Shown here piece after piece: positions 17,996-27,827 of a DNA stretch of 64,000 nt. Each line of letters opens with the position of its first letter. Within the stretch, counting starts at the first letter, position 1. The stretch spans positions 1,536,001-1,600,000 of the forward strand of contig OZ244070.1 in NCBI GenBank assembly GCA_965215605.1, in the 5' to 3' direction. Under the pieces are notes generated by a model. It had not been told where the DNA came from. It did not search any database and worked only from the letters and a program-made list of their open reading frames with translations. The DNA comes from an uncultured Candidatus Binatia bacterium. GTDB taxonomy: Bacteria > Desulfobacterota > Binatia > UBA9968 > JAJDTQ01. The position numbers were made by a program, and so were the translations under genes.

Positions 17996-19111
17996 TTACC
18001 GGTCCGGCCCGGCCATGGCCGCCACCAGGCTCAGTTGGCGCCGGTCCAGATTGGCGCTCTTGATGAGGGCGTACACTTCCTGGCCCGGGGCCAGCGCCAA
18101 CTCGCGGACGGCCTGCCGGGTCACCAGGGCGGCCAGCGGCACCTCGCCGATGTGCAGCTTGAGCTCGGCCAGCGGCCCGTCACCGTCGCCCGGGCCGATC
18201 TCCACCAGGGTTCCCTTGAGCACGTTGCGCAGGCTCAACCCTCGCGGCGGCTCGGTGGCCACGCTGACGTCCCGGGCGCGAATCCACACCCGCACCGCCG
18301 CCCCCGCCGGAATGTCCACCAGCGGGACCCGCAACTCGCCGCCCCGGAACTCCAGGTGCGTGAGTCCTGCCGCGGCATCATGGCGGGAGACCCGGGTCGC
18401 AAGCATCGTTCCCGTCTCCGTTTCGTCCTCCGGAGACCACAGCTCCAGCCGGCTCAGGATCTCGTCCACCCCGCCCGACGCGGTCACCCGGCCGTTGGAC
18501 ACCAACACCAGGTTGCGCGCCAGCCGCGACACTTCGTCGAGGGAGTGGCTCACGTAGACGACGGGAATGCCCATCTCGTCGAGCCGCTCGATGTAGGGCA
18601 GGATCTCGTTCTTCATGAGCACGTCGAGGGACGCCAGCGGCTCGTCCATCAACAGCGCCCGGGGGTTGCTCAAGAGCGCCCGGCCCACCGCCACCCGTTG
18701 TTTCTCGCCGCCGGAGAGAGACTGCGGCCGGCGTTTCAGCAGCCCGTCCAGGTCCAGCAGCCCGATGACCTGGCCCGCGGTGAGGCGGCGCTCGGCCACG
18801 GGGGTGAGACGCGAGCCGTAGAGCAGGTTTCGCCGCACGGTCAGGTGGGGAAACAGGCGCCCCTCCTGGAAGACGTACCCGAGCCGGCGTTTCCACGGCG
18901 GCAAGTCGATGCCCGCGGCGCTGTCGAACAACACGTGGCCGTCCACCTCGATGCGGCCCTCGTCGGGTGTCAGCAGCCCGCTCACCATGTTCACGATGGA
19001 AGTCTTGCCGGAGCCGGAACGGCCGAAGAGGGCAGTCACGCCGCGGTCGCTGCTGAACCGGGCTTCGATCTCCAGCTCCCCTAGCCGCCGTTTCACGTCG
19101 ACTTCAAGCAT
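17996..19111 (-). CDS. modC: Molybdate ABC transporter ATP-binding protein
   Basis: GRSGSGKT, LSGGEKQR, LMDEP, C-terminal TOBE/molybdate-binding domain (VYALIKS). Confidence 0.95.
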   Translation of the reverse strand: MLEVDVKRRLGELEIEARFSSDRGVTALFGRSGSGKTSIVNMVSGLLTPDEGRIEVDGHVLFDSAAGIDLPPWKRRLGYVFQEGRLFPHLTVRRNLLYGSRLTPVAERRLTAGQVIGLLDLDGLLKRRPQSLSGGEKQRVAVGRALLSNPRALLMDEPLASLDVLMKNEILPYIERLDEMGIPVVYVSHSLDEVSRLARNLVLVSNGRVTASGGVDEILSRLELWSPEDETETGTMLATRVSRHDAAAGLTHLEFRGGELRVPLVDIPAGAAVRVWIRARDVSVATEPPRGLSLRNVLKGTLVEIGPGDGDGPLAELKLHIGEVPLAALVTRQAVRELALAPGQEVYALIKSANLDRRQLSLVAAMAGPDR

Positions 19112-19808
19112 GGGAGTATCCCTGCGTCTTCCGCGCGACGTAACGGCCCAGCATCTCCGAGGCTACCAGCGCCACGATGGTGATCAGGACGATGATCACC
19201 GTGAGACGCATGGCTCCGGGCTCGCCTCCGGGCACCTGAAGCGCGGAATGGACCGCCAGGGACAGGGTCTGGGTCTCGCCGGGGATGTTGGAAACGAACG
19301 TGATAGTGGCGCCGAACTCGCCCAGGCTCCGAGTGAAGCCGAGGATGGCGCCCACCACCATGCCCGGGAGACTCAGGGGCAGGGTGATGGTGAACCAGGT
19401 CCACAAACGGTTGGCGCCGAGGGTGTGGGCGGCGGACTCCAGACGTCGGTCGACGGCTTCCAGCGACAGCCGGATGGGTCGGACCATCAGGGGAAAGGAG
19501 ACCACGGCCGCAGCCACCACGGCGCCGGTCCAGCGGAAGGCGAAGACCAGGCCGAAAGTCTGCTCGATCCATGCGCCCACCAAGCCGCGGCGCCCCAGCA
19601 CCACGAGCAGCAGGTAGCCGGTGACCACCGGCGGCAGCACCAGGGGCATGTGCAGCAGGCCGTTCAGCACCTCCTTGCCCCAGAAGCGGTAGCGGGCCAG
19701 CACGAACGCGGCCACCGCCGCCAGTGGGAGGCTGACCGCCGTGCTCCAGGCGGCGATCCGGACACTCAGCCGCAGGGCCTCGATCTCGGCCGGGCTCGGA
19801 GACCACAT
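19104..19808 (-). CDS. modB: Molybdate ABC transporter permease
   Basis: PLVLPPVVTGY, SFPLMVRPIR, RSLGEFGATI. Confidence 0.95.
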   Translation of the reverse strand: MWSPSPAEIEALRLSVRIAAWSTAVSLPLAAVAAFVLARYRFWGKEVLNGLLHMPLVLPPVVTGYLLLVVLGRRGLVGAWIEQTFGLVFAFRWTGAVVAAAVVSFPLMVRPIRLSLEAVDRRLESAAHTLGANRLWTWFTITLPLSLPGMVVGAILGFTRSLGEFGATITFVSNIPGETQTLSLAVHSALQVPGGEPGAMRLTVIIVLITIVALVASEMLGRYVARKTQGYSHA

Positions 19809-19812
19809 TCCT

Positions 19813-20586
19813 TTACGGCTCCCGCACCGTAAAGCCGCGGTCCTCGAAGACCGCCCGAGCCTTGGGGGACCAGAGGTAATTCAGGAACGTTTCGGCCAGC
19901 GGATGGGTGCTGGCGGCGGGGATGGCCACCGTATAGTGGATGGGCGGATGCGTGTGCTCGGGAAACGTGCCCACCACCGCGACCTTGGGTTCCGCCCTGG
20001 CGTCGGTGGTGTACACGATGCCGTAAGGTGCCTCGCCCCGGGCCACCAGCGCCAGCGCCCGCCGTACGTCGGCGGTGCCGGCCACCCGCGGCGCCACCGC
20101 CTGCCAGACCCTGAAGGTCTTCAGCGCCGCCCTGGCGTATTGCCCGGCGGGGACGTGGCTCGGGTCGCCCATGGCGAGCCGTCCATCCCCCAGGAGCCGC
20201 GCCAGCGGAAAGCGGGAGTGGATGGCCACGGGGGCGGCCCGGCCGGCCGGCGCCACCAGCGCCAGCCGGTTGCCGAGCAGGTTGCCACGGGTCCCCGGCC
20301 GCAGCCATCGTCCCCGCTCCAGCCGGTCCACCCACAGGGGACTCGCCGACACGAAGACGTCCACGCCCGCGCCGCGCTCGATCTGCCGCGCCAGCGCGGA
20401 ACTGGCGGCGAACGAGACCGCCACCCGGGCCCGGCCGGTCCGCTCGAACCGCCGGGCGACGGCGTCCACCGTACCCTGAAGGCTGGCCGCGGCGAACACC
20501 AGCAGACGCTCGGAGGCCACCGCCGGGCCGGCGAATGCCGCAAGCATCAGCATGCCCGCGAGGAGGCGTCTGCGTAGTTTCAGCAT
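19813..20586 (-). CDS. modA: Molybdate-binding periplasmic protein
   Basis: Signal peptide, VFAAASL, ASSALARQIE, HVPAGQYA, GIVYTTDA; start reassigned to MLKLRR. Confidence 0.93.
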   Translation of the reverse strand: MLKLRRRLLAGMLMLAAFAGPAVASERLLVFAAASLQGTVDAVARRFERTGRARVAVSFAASSALARQIERGAGVDVFVSASPLWVDRLERGRWLRPGTRGNLLGNRLALVAPAGRAAPVAIHSRFPLARLLGDGRLAMGDPSHVPAGQYARAALKTFRVWQAVAPRVAGTADVRRALALVARGEAPYGIVYTTDARAEPKVAVVGTFPEHTHPPIHYTVAIPAASTHPLAETFLNYLWSPKARAVFEDRGFTVREP

Positions 20587-20733
20587 TGCATTCGGGAGAC
20601 AGGACAATGGGTCGTTTTTACTTGGCATTTTGTCGTCTATAATACCAGACGGCCGATGCCCCCCCGGAAGCAGCGCCGGACCCGGCCGCGGACACCCCGA
20701 GCCAACGGCGCCCCGCGCCGCCGAAAGGAGCCC

Positions 20734-22092
20734 ATGGCTGGACGCAAGGTTCTCTACGACCCCGCAAACGCAAACCTCTTGTGCTACGCAACCGCCATCC
20801 CCGCGTTCCTCGACGGCAGCGATACGCCGCGGGCCTACCTGGAGCGATGCCTGGAAACCATCGACGCCATCGAGCCCGAGGTCAGGGCCTTCGTCCGGCT
20901 GAACGTGGAGGGCGCCCGCAAGGCGGCGGACGCCGCCGGCGCGCGATACAGGGACGGGCAACCCCTGTCGGTGGTGGACGGCATGCCCATGGCCATCAAG
21001 GATGTCCACGAGACCGAGGACATGCCGATGGAGGTGGGCAGCCCGGTGCTCAAGGATTTCCACACCGGCTGGGACGGCGCCGCGGTCCACTGCCTGCGCA
21101 AGGGCGGCGCGCTGATCCTCGGCAAGACGGTGACCACGGAGTTCGCCTTTGCCACGCCCGGACCCACCCGCAATCCATGGGACACGTCGCGGACCCCCGG
21201 GGGTTCTTCCAGCGGCAGCGCCGCCGCCGTGGCGGCGCGCATGGTGCCGGCGGCCACCGGCACGCAGGTGCGCGGCTCGGTGCTGCGGCCGGCGGCCTAC
21301 TGCGGCGCCTATGCCATCAAGGCCTCCTACGGCGCCCTCAATTCACTGGGAGGCTTCCCGTCGGCGCCGAGCCTGGCCCACCTGGGAATCCTCGCCGGCA
21401 CGCTGCAGGACATGTGGAGCACGGCCTACTTCATCTCCCGCACGGCGGGCGGGGACCCCGGCCACCCGAGCCTGACGGGCGAGTCCTCGCTGCCGCCCGC
21501 GGAGAAGCCGCGCCGGCTGGTCCGGCTCGAGACCGCCGGATGGGACGTCACCGCGGAGGACACCCGGGCGGTCTTCGAGGGATACGTCGACACTTTGCGG
21601 TCATCGGGCGTGGAGGTGGCGGGCCGGGCCGACGACCCGGAGGTGGAGGCGTTGGAGCACAAGCTCAGGGAACTGCCCGAGGTGATCCTGCTGATGCTGA
21701 CCTATGAAGGACGCTACCCGCTGGCTGTTTACGCCGACCGCTGCCCCGAACTCCTGAGCGAACGAGTGCTGGAGCGGGTGGAGGTGGGGCGCGGCCTCAC
21801 GCCCGACGACTACGCCGGGGCCCTGGACTGGTGCCGGGACTTCCGGCGGCAGTGGGAGGCCATGGCGGGCCGGGCCGATGCGTTCGTAACCCTGAACTCC
21901 GTGGATGCCGCGCCCGTGGGCATGCCGGTGGGGAACTCCATCTACGGCGAGCTCTCGTCGGTCGTCGGCGTTCCCACCCTGAACCTGCCGCTGCTGGCGC
22001 TCGACGAAATGCCGCTGGGCGTTCAGTTGCTCGGCTACTATCGCAAGGACTGGGAACTCGTGGGCATCGGGCGCTGGCTGGACGAGCACTGA
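20734..22092 (+). CDS. Amidase signature family protein
   Basis: AIKD, GKTVTTEFA, NPWDTSRTPGGSSSGSAAAVA, GTQVRGSVLRPAA; SD AAGGAG before ATG 20734. Confidence 0.9.
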   Translation: MAGRKVLYDPANANLLCYATAIPAFLDGSDTPRAYLERCLETIDAIEPEVRAFVRLNVEGARKAADAAGARYRDGQPLSVVDGMPMAIKDVHETEDMPMEVGSPVLKDFHTGWDGAAVHCLRKGGALILGKTVTTEFAFATPGPTRNPWDTSRTPGGSSSGSAAAVAARMVPAATGTQVRGSVLRPAAYCGAYAIKASYGALNSLGGFPSAPSLAHLGILAGTLQDMWSTAYFISRTAGGDPGHPSLTGESSLPPAEKPRRLVRLETAGWDVTAEDTRAVFEGYVDTLRSSGVEVAGRADDPEVEALEHKLRELPEVILLMLTYEGRYPLAVYADRCPELLSERVLERVEVGRGLTPDDYAGALDWCRDFRRQWEAMAGRADAFVTLNSVDAAPVGMPVGNSIYGELSSVVGVPTLNLPLLALDEMPLGVQLLGYYRKDWELVGIGRWLDEH

Positions 22093-22148
22093 ACCGCTCA
22101 CGCCGGCATCCACTTGGCAGAGGTGCTTCGCAGCCGTAGGCTCTTGTC

Positions 22149-23849
22149 GTGAAAGTCCTTGTCAGCCTGCTCGCCTCCTTCATGGAGCTCCCGGAAACCC
22201 GGCGAAACCTGGGCGTCTTGTTCAGGTTTCTCGGCGTCCTGCTAGGCATCGTCCTGGTCTACTCCGTCGCCTTCCACGTCATTATGGTCGGCGTGGAAGG
22301 GAAGGACCACTCCTGGATCACGGGGTTCTACTGGACTCTCACGGTGATGAGCACGCTGGGCTTCGGCGACATCGTGTTCGACAGCGACATCGGCCGAGTC
22401 TTCAGCATTCTCGTCCTCCTCTCCGGCATCGTCCTGCTGCTCATCATGCTGCCTTTCACCCTGATCCGTTCGTTCTACGCGCCCTGGCTGGAAGCGCAGA
22501 TACGGGGCCGCGCCCCACGGGAGGTTCCGGAAGAAGTGGCGGCCCACGTGGTCATCTGCGGATACGACGCGCTGGCGACGGGTCTGGTGGAGCGCCTGGC
22601 CCTTTACGACATCCCCTATTACCTCATCGAACCCGATCCCGCCGAGGCCGCGCGCAAGCAGCGCCAGGGGCTGTCGGTCATCACCGGCGACGTCGACAGC
22701 CGGGAGACCTACGTCAATCTGCGGGCGGCGAACGCGCGGCTTATACTGGCCAACCTCGCGGATGAGGTGAACACCAACATCACCATCACTGCCCGTGACG
22801 TGGCTCCGAACGTTCCCATCGTCGCCACCGCCGAGGCCGAGGATTCCATCGACGTGCTGGAACTGAGCGGCTGCAGCCACGTGCTGCCCCTGCACCAGCA
22901 ACTGGCGGAACGTCTCGCCAACCGCGTCAACGCGGGCCATGCCGAAGTGCACGTCATCGGCGGCATCCGGAACCTGCGCATCGCCGAGTTCGCGGTCCAC
23001 AACACGCCGTTCGCCGGCCGCACCATTCGCGAAACCCAGATCCGGGAGGCAACGGGGGTGGAGATCGTCAGCGTGTGGGAACGCGGCAAGCTGCTGCCGG
23101 CCCGGCCCGACACCTACCTCTCCACTTCCAGCCTGCTGGTGGTGGCGGGCACGGAGCAGCAGGTCCTGGAACTCAACCTGCTGCTGGTGATCTACGACAT
23201 CAACTACAACCCGGTGCTGGTCATCGGCGGCGGCAAGGTAGGGCGCGCCACCGCCAGGGCGCTGAGGCGCAAGGACGTGGGGGTGCACCTCATCGAGCGC
23301 AACGAGGCGCTGCGGCCGCGCATCGGCGAGATTCCCACACAACTCTTCCAGGGCGAAGCCGCGGACCGGGACCTGATCATGGAGGCGGGCCTGGCCAACA
23401 CGCCGGCGGTGGTGCTGTCCGGCAGCGACGACGCCATGAACATCTATCTGGCGGTCTACTGCCGCCGTCTCAATCCCGAGGTCCTGATCCTGAGCCGCCT
23501 CACCCACCCCCGGAACCTCGAGGCCATCTACCGCGCCGGAGCCGACTTCGCCCTGAGCTACACATCCCAGGGCGTCGAGGACATCTTCGCCCAACTACAC
23601 GCCCGCGAGCTGCTGGTCATCGGCGAGGGCGTCGAACTCTTCGTGGTACCCGCCCCCTCATCCCTCGTGGGCCGCGACCTCGGCGGCTGCGCCGTCTCCG
23701 AGCGCACCGGCCTCACCATCGTCGGCGTCCAGCAGAACGGCACGGTGGTCACCAACCCGCCGCCCGACACCTCGCTGAACAAGGGCAGCGAGCTCATCAT
23801 GCTCGGCAACACCGAGCAGCGTCAGGCGTTTGCCAGGGATTTCGGATGA
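22149..23849 (+). CDS. Potassium channel with TrkA/RCK domains
   Basis: 2 TM plus pore TVMSTLGFGD; two RCK-N (ICGYD, IGGGKVG) and two RCK-C domains. Confidence 0.9.
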   Translation: MKVLVSLLASFMELPETRRNLGVLFRFLGVLLGIVLVYSVAFHVIMVGVEGKDHSWITGFYWTLTVMSTLGFGDIVFDSDIGRVFSILVLLSGIVLLLIMLPFTLIRSFYAPWLEAQIRGRAPREVPEEVAAHVVICGYDALATGLVERLALYDIPYYLIEPDPAEAARKQRQGLSVITGDVDSRETYVNLRAANARLILANLADEVNTNITITARDVAPNVPIVATAEAEDSIDVLELSGCSHVLPLHQQLAERLANRVNAGHAEVHVIGGIRNLRIAEFAVHNTPFAGRTIRETQIREATGVEIVSVWERGKLLPARPDTYLSTSSLLVVAGTEQQVLELNLLLVIYDINYNPVLVIGGGKVGRATARALRRKDVGVHLIERNEALRPRIGEIPTQLFQGEAADRDLIMEAGLANTPAVVLSGSDDAMNIYLAVYCRRLNPEVLILSRLTHPRNLEAIYRAGADFALSYTSQGVEDIFAQLHARELLVIGEGVELFVVPAPSSLVGRDLGGCAVSERTGLTIVGVQQNGTVVTNPPPDTSLNKGSELIMLGNTEQRQAFARDFG

Positions 23850-23932
23850 GGGGTCCCCTGCCCGAACAGGACCCTCGCCCGCCCCCGGAGCGCTTGAAGC
23901 CTGCGCCGGCGGCGTGATAGATTTTTGCCATC

Positions 23933-25411
23933 ATGCCCTTGAGAGACGCGCATACGGGTCAATGGAAACGCCTGAAGACCATTCTCTGCGGAATCCTGGC
24001 CGCATCGGTCCTGAGCGGCTGCACAGGGTCCACGGAGGAACGCCCGAAGATGCCGAAGATGGGAGACATCACCGGCGCCGTCACCGACCTGTTCAGCGCG
24101 GACCCGCGCTCGGAGTCCGACCCCACGGCCGAGGCGTTGTATCAGGACGGCATCGACTATTTCGACAGGGAACGATACGCGCGCTCCATCTCGTTTTTCC
24201 AGAAACTCCGCGACGATTACCCCTTCAGCAAGGAAGCCGAAGCCGCGGAACTGAAGATCGCCGAAGCCTACTACCGGAATGAGGACTACATCGAAGCCGA
24301 CGAGACCTACAAGAACTACCTCACGTTTCAACCCACGGGGCGGCACACACACTTCGTGAAGTACCAACTCGGCCGGGTCAACCTCGACCAGTTCACCGGC
24401 ATCGACCGCGACCTGGAGAAGGTCGAGGCCGCCAAAGCGTACTTCGAATCGGTGATCCAGGATCACCCCGAATCCGAGCACGTTCCGGATGCCCGCAAGA
24501 AGCTGGCCGAGACCCGCGCCCACCTGGCCGAGCGCGAGATCTACGTGGGCAATTTCTACCTGAAGGAGGAGAACTACCTGCCCGCGCGCGTGCGTTTCGA
24601 GAACGCCCTGCGCGACTATCCCGGTACCCCAGCGGCGGAACGGGCTCAAACCGCGCTGGCCGCCATCCCGGCAAATGGCGCCGGCAACCTCCCGACACCG
24701 GAGTCCTCGGCCGTACGAACGGAGACGCCGGCGCGGGAGAAGACCGAGGCGCCGCCCAAACCGCAATTCGTCACCAAGGAAGGCTATGTCCACGAGGACC
24801 CGGACGATAAGCGGTGGTACAGCTACCTGAACCCGCTCTCGTGGGACGACGACGGCGAACCGGAGGAGGAGAGGACGGCCGCGCCCCGGCAAACCGCTGC
24901 CGGAGAGGGCAGGGTTGCCGCCGAGGAACCCACGGTCGCGGAGAAGATCACGGGCTTCTTCGACTCCCTCAATCCATTCGCCTCCTCGAAGGACGACAGG
25001 GCCGACGAGGCGAAAACGACCGCCCCTGCCGAAACGACGGCGGCCAAGGCGGTCGTGGAAGACATCGACAAGACGTTGGGGACTCGGGGAGGCTCGGGGA
25101 GCGCTGCACCCACGCCGCCGGTAACCGAGCTTCCGCCGGATGAGAAGCCGTCGGGTCCTGCGCCCAGCGACCCGGCAACGGTATTGGGAGACATCGACTC
25201 CAAGCTCGGCAGCGGGACGAAGCAGGGGGACACGCCCACGCCGCCGGCTTCGGATCCGGCGCTCTTTACAGTCAGGGAGCCCAAGGACACCGGAGAAAAG
25301 AGCGGCCCCGCCGGCGACCAGCCGGAATTGCTGGAGGGAATCGACAAGCAACTCCGGCGGGAAGGGATCGGCAAGCCGCCGGCGCTGCCTCGGCCGCCCG
25401 CCAGTCCCTGA
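23933..25411 (+). CDS. bamD: Outer membrane protein assembly factor BamD with long C-terminal extension
   Basis: Lipobox VLSGC, TPR core (LYQDG...YPFS...DRD...LAEREIYVGNFYLK...DYPGT); Pro/Thr/Glu-rich tail of about 240 aa. Confidence 0.85.
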   Translation: MPLRDAHTGQWKRLKTILCGILAASVLSGCTGSTEERPKMPKMGDITGAVTDLFSADPRSESDPTAEALYQDGIDYFDRERYARSISFFQKLRDDYPFSKEAEAAELKIAEAYYRNEDYIEADETYKNYLTFQPTGRHTHFVKYQLGRVNLDQFTGIDRDLEKVEAAKAYFESVIQDHPESEHVPDARKKLAETRAHLAEREIYVGNFYLKEENYLPARVRFENALRDYPGTPAAERAQTALAAIPANGAGNLPTPESSAVRTETPAREKTEAPPKPQFVTKEGYVHEDPDDKRWYSYLNPLSWDDDGEPEEERTAAPRQTAAGEGRVAAEEPTVAEKITGFFDSLNPFASSKDDRADEAKTTAPAETTAAKAVVEDIDKTLGTRGGSGSAAPTPPVTELPPDEKPSGPAPSDPATVLGDIDSKLGSGTKQGDTPTPPASDPALFTVREPKDTGEKSGPAGDQPELLEGIDKQLRREGIGKPPALPRPPASP

Positions 25412-25453
25412 ACGAGCCCGGGGAAAGGCCGCCCGGCTGCTCCGGCGGGCCGC

Positions 25454-26743
25454 CTACGGGTTGAATGCGGAGTTCCGGCCCATGGCGCGGGCGAGCCGCG
25501 CCTCCGCCACCTTGTGATCGTAGACCGACCGTATGTGGTCCGTCTGAGCACGGGTGTTGATTACCTGCGCCTCGGTAATCTCGATGATGGAGCCGACCCC
25601 CACCTGGTAGCGGCCGTTGGCCAGATCGAGGTTCTCCTTGGCCGACCTTTTCTGCGCCTCGTTGGCCTTGATCCGCTCGCCCGCCTCCAACAGGTTGAGG
25701 TAGCCCTCCTCCACCTCCAGCGCGATGCGCTGCCGCTGTTCTTCTCCCTGAGCCTTGATCACCGCGTAGTCACGGACGTTCTTCTCTACCTCGGGCTTCA
25801 CGGTGAAACCGGTGAACAGGGGAATGTCCAGGATCAGCATGGAGCTGAAGATGTCCCGGTCGTCGTGCCACGCCTCGCCGTACTGTCCGTCAAAGCGGAG
25901 CCTGGGCATGCGGCCCAGCTTGGCCACGTCGATGGCTTCCTGCTGGGCCTCCAGGCGCGATTGGACCTCCTTGAGCTCCGCGCGCGATTCGAAAGAGGCC
26001 TTCACCGCGTCCGCCAGCGACAACGAGGGCGGGTGAATCTGCACGTCGGCGGCCACCGGACGCTCCTCGAAGCGGGTCACGCCCATGGCATTCTTGAGCC
26101 GCGCCCACGCGATCCGGACGCCGTTCTGGGCGCCGATGAGGCCGGCCTCGGCCGCGAACAGACTCGCTTCCGCGCGCGCCACGTCGATCTTCGGACGCGT
26201 CCCCACGTCGAAGAAGCCCTGGGCCTGCCGCACCAGGGTCTCGCGGTCCTTGACCGTATCCTGCTCCACACGCACGAGGGCCTGGGCGCGCAGGTATTCG
26301 AAAAACGCACGGCGCACCATGAACACCACGTCCTCCACCGAAGTCCCGCGAGCGAAACGCCGGGCTTCCAGCGTATCCTTCTCCCGGCGAATCGTGCCTT
26401 CGCGGCGACCGAAATCGCTCAGGAGCCAGTCCACTTCGCCCGTGGTCCTGTAGAAGTTCTGCTCGGCCCTCGGGGTCGCCGGCCGCGGCTTGTTCTCGTA
26501 AGTGCCCCTGGCCCCGAGGGTTGGGTAGTAACGCGCTCGGGCGCTTTCCACCAACGCCTCCTGCACCTTGATCCGCTCGTTCGCCGCGCGGATCCCCGGA
26601 TGGTTCTCCATGGCGATGCTCTCGGCCTGCTGCAACGTCAGCGCCTCCGGCGCCGCCTGTTGACCGGCAGCCGTCTGGACCATCCACGACAACGCCAACA
26701 CCGCGATCCACAGCAGTGCGGCGAAGTTCTTGAGCCATTGCAT
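25454..26743 (-). CDS. TolC family outer membrane efflux protein
   Basis: Signal peptide, LTLQQAESIAMENHP, two OEP repeats, RYQVGVGSIIEITEAQ; SD AAGGAGG before ATG 26743. Confidence 0.9.
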   Translation of the reverse strand: MQWLKNFAALLWIAVLALSWMVQTAAGQQAAPEALTLQQAESIAMENHPGIRAANERIKVQEALVESARARYYPTLGARGTYENKPRPATPRAEQNFYRTTGEVDWLLSDFGRREGTIRREKDTLEARRFARGTSVEDVVFMVRRAFFEYLRAQALVRVEQDTVKDRETLVRQAQGFFDVGTRPKIDVARAEASLFAAEAGLIGAQNGVRIAWARLKNAMGVTRFEERPVAADVQIHPPSLSLADAVKASFESRAELKEVQSRLEAQQEAIDVAKLGRMPRLRFDGQYGEAWHDDRDIFSSMLILDIPLFTGFTVKPEVEKNVRDYAVIKAQGEEQRQRIALEVEEGYLNLLEAGERIKANEAQKRSAKENLDLANGRYQVGVGSIIEITEAQVINTRAQTDHIRSVYDHKVAEARLARAMGRNSAFNP

Positions 26744-26816
26744 GACGACCTCCTTGTGACCCGTAGACATGGGAGCCTCGCTCCGCGGCGACCGTGCAAG
26801 CACTTTCTATCCCAAG

Positions 26817-26844
26817 CGTCACCCCGCCAACAAGTGGAATCCCG
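26817..26844 (+). repeat. Degenerate CGTC-tagged REP-like copy
   Basis: CGTCACCCCGCCAACAAGTGGAATCCCG resembles the 16676 and 61282 repeats. Confidence 0.4.
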
Positions 26845-26977
26845 GTTCCTGGACAAACCGGTCCCGCAAAACACATGCCACCGAGTGGACGGAACTTCGA
26901 CGCGGCGGCCGCCCATGCCTGTTTCCCGGCACATTCATGTTACGCCCCGGCGGCACGTCTGATAAAAACATGTCCTT

Positions 26978-27754
26978 GTGAGCTCGCTGACGGACAGGAT
27001 CGCTCTCGTCACCGGCGCCGGCCGCGGTATCGGGCGGGCCGTGGCCCTGGCGATGGCACGCGCGGGCTGCCACGTGGTTCTGGCAGCGCGGACCCGGGAG
27101 CCCCTCGAGGCGCTGGCGGCCACCATCCGCGGGTACGGACGCGAAGCCGTGCCGGTGGTCTGCGACGTCGGCTCCCGGGCGGCGGTGGACGTCCTGGAGA
27201 CCACCGCGCGCCGGGCAGGCGTGGTCCAGATCCTCGTCAACGGCGCCGGAATCGCCCCGGCCGCAAGCTTCCTGGAGATGGACGACGCGCTTCTGGAGGA
27301 GGTCATGCGGGTGAACTTCATGGGCACCTATCATTGCTGCAAGCGGTTTCTGGAACCGATGATCGGCGCCGGCTGGGGGCGCATCATCAACATCGCCTCC
27401 ACCACCGCCAAGACAGCCTATCCTCATACCGCCGCCTACACGGCATCGAAGCACGCGGTGCTGGGGCTCACGCGGGTCATGGCCCTGGAGACCGCGCGCA
27501 AGGGCGTCACCGTCAACGCCGTCTGCCCGGGCTACGTGGACACCGAGTTGACGCACGAGAACGCACGGCGCATGGCCGCCGCGATGGGAAGCACGCCAAC
27601 GGAGGTGCTGGAGCGGTTTGCCCGGACCTCGCCCCTCGGGCGGCTGATGACGGCGGCCGAGGTAGCGGACCTCGCGGTGTTGCTTGCGGGCCCGGCCGGG
27701 GATGCCGTCACCGGACAGGCCATCAACGTGGACGGCGGCGCGGTCATGTGCTGA
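26978..27754 (+). CDS. Short-chain dehydrogenase/reductase
   Basis: TGAGRGIG, VNGAG, NIAS, YTASK, CPGYVDT, INVDGG. Confidence 0.93.
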   Translation: MSSLTDRIALVTGAGRGIGRAVALAMARAGCHVVLAARTREPLEALAATIRGYGREAVPVVCDVGSRAAVDVLETTARRAGVVQILVNGAGIAPAASFLEMDDALLEEVMRVNFMGTYHCCKRFLEPMIGAGWGRIINIASTTAKTAYPHTAAYTASKHAVLGLTRVMALETARKGVTVNAVCPGYVDTELTHENARRMAAAMGSTPTEVLERFARTSPLGRLMTAAEVADLAVLLAGPAGDAVTGQAINVDGGAVMC

Positions 27755-27774
27755 CGGACACGGCAGTGTAACGT

Positions 27775-27802
27775 GCAGGGGCGGGTTCAAACCCGCCCCT
27801 GC
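27775..27802. repeat. GTAG-type REP palindrome (GCAG variant)
   Basis: GCAGGGGCGGGTT-CA-AACCCGCCCCTGC, perfect 13-bp arms. Confidence 0.8.
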
Positions 27803-27827
27803 CCCGACGGCGCGACAGGATGACAGC

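Noticed and set aside
26795-26815. Possible sigma54 promoter upstream of TolC
   Set aside because: GG-N10-GC spacing is present but the match to TGGCAC...TTGC is poor
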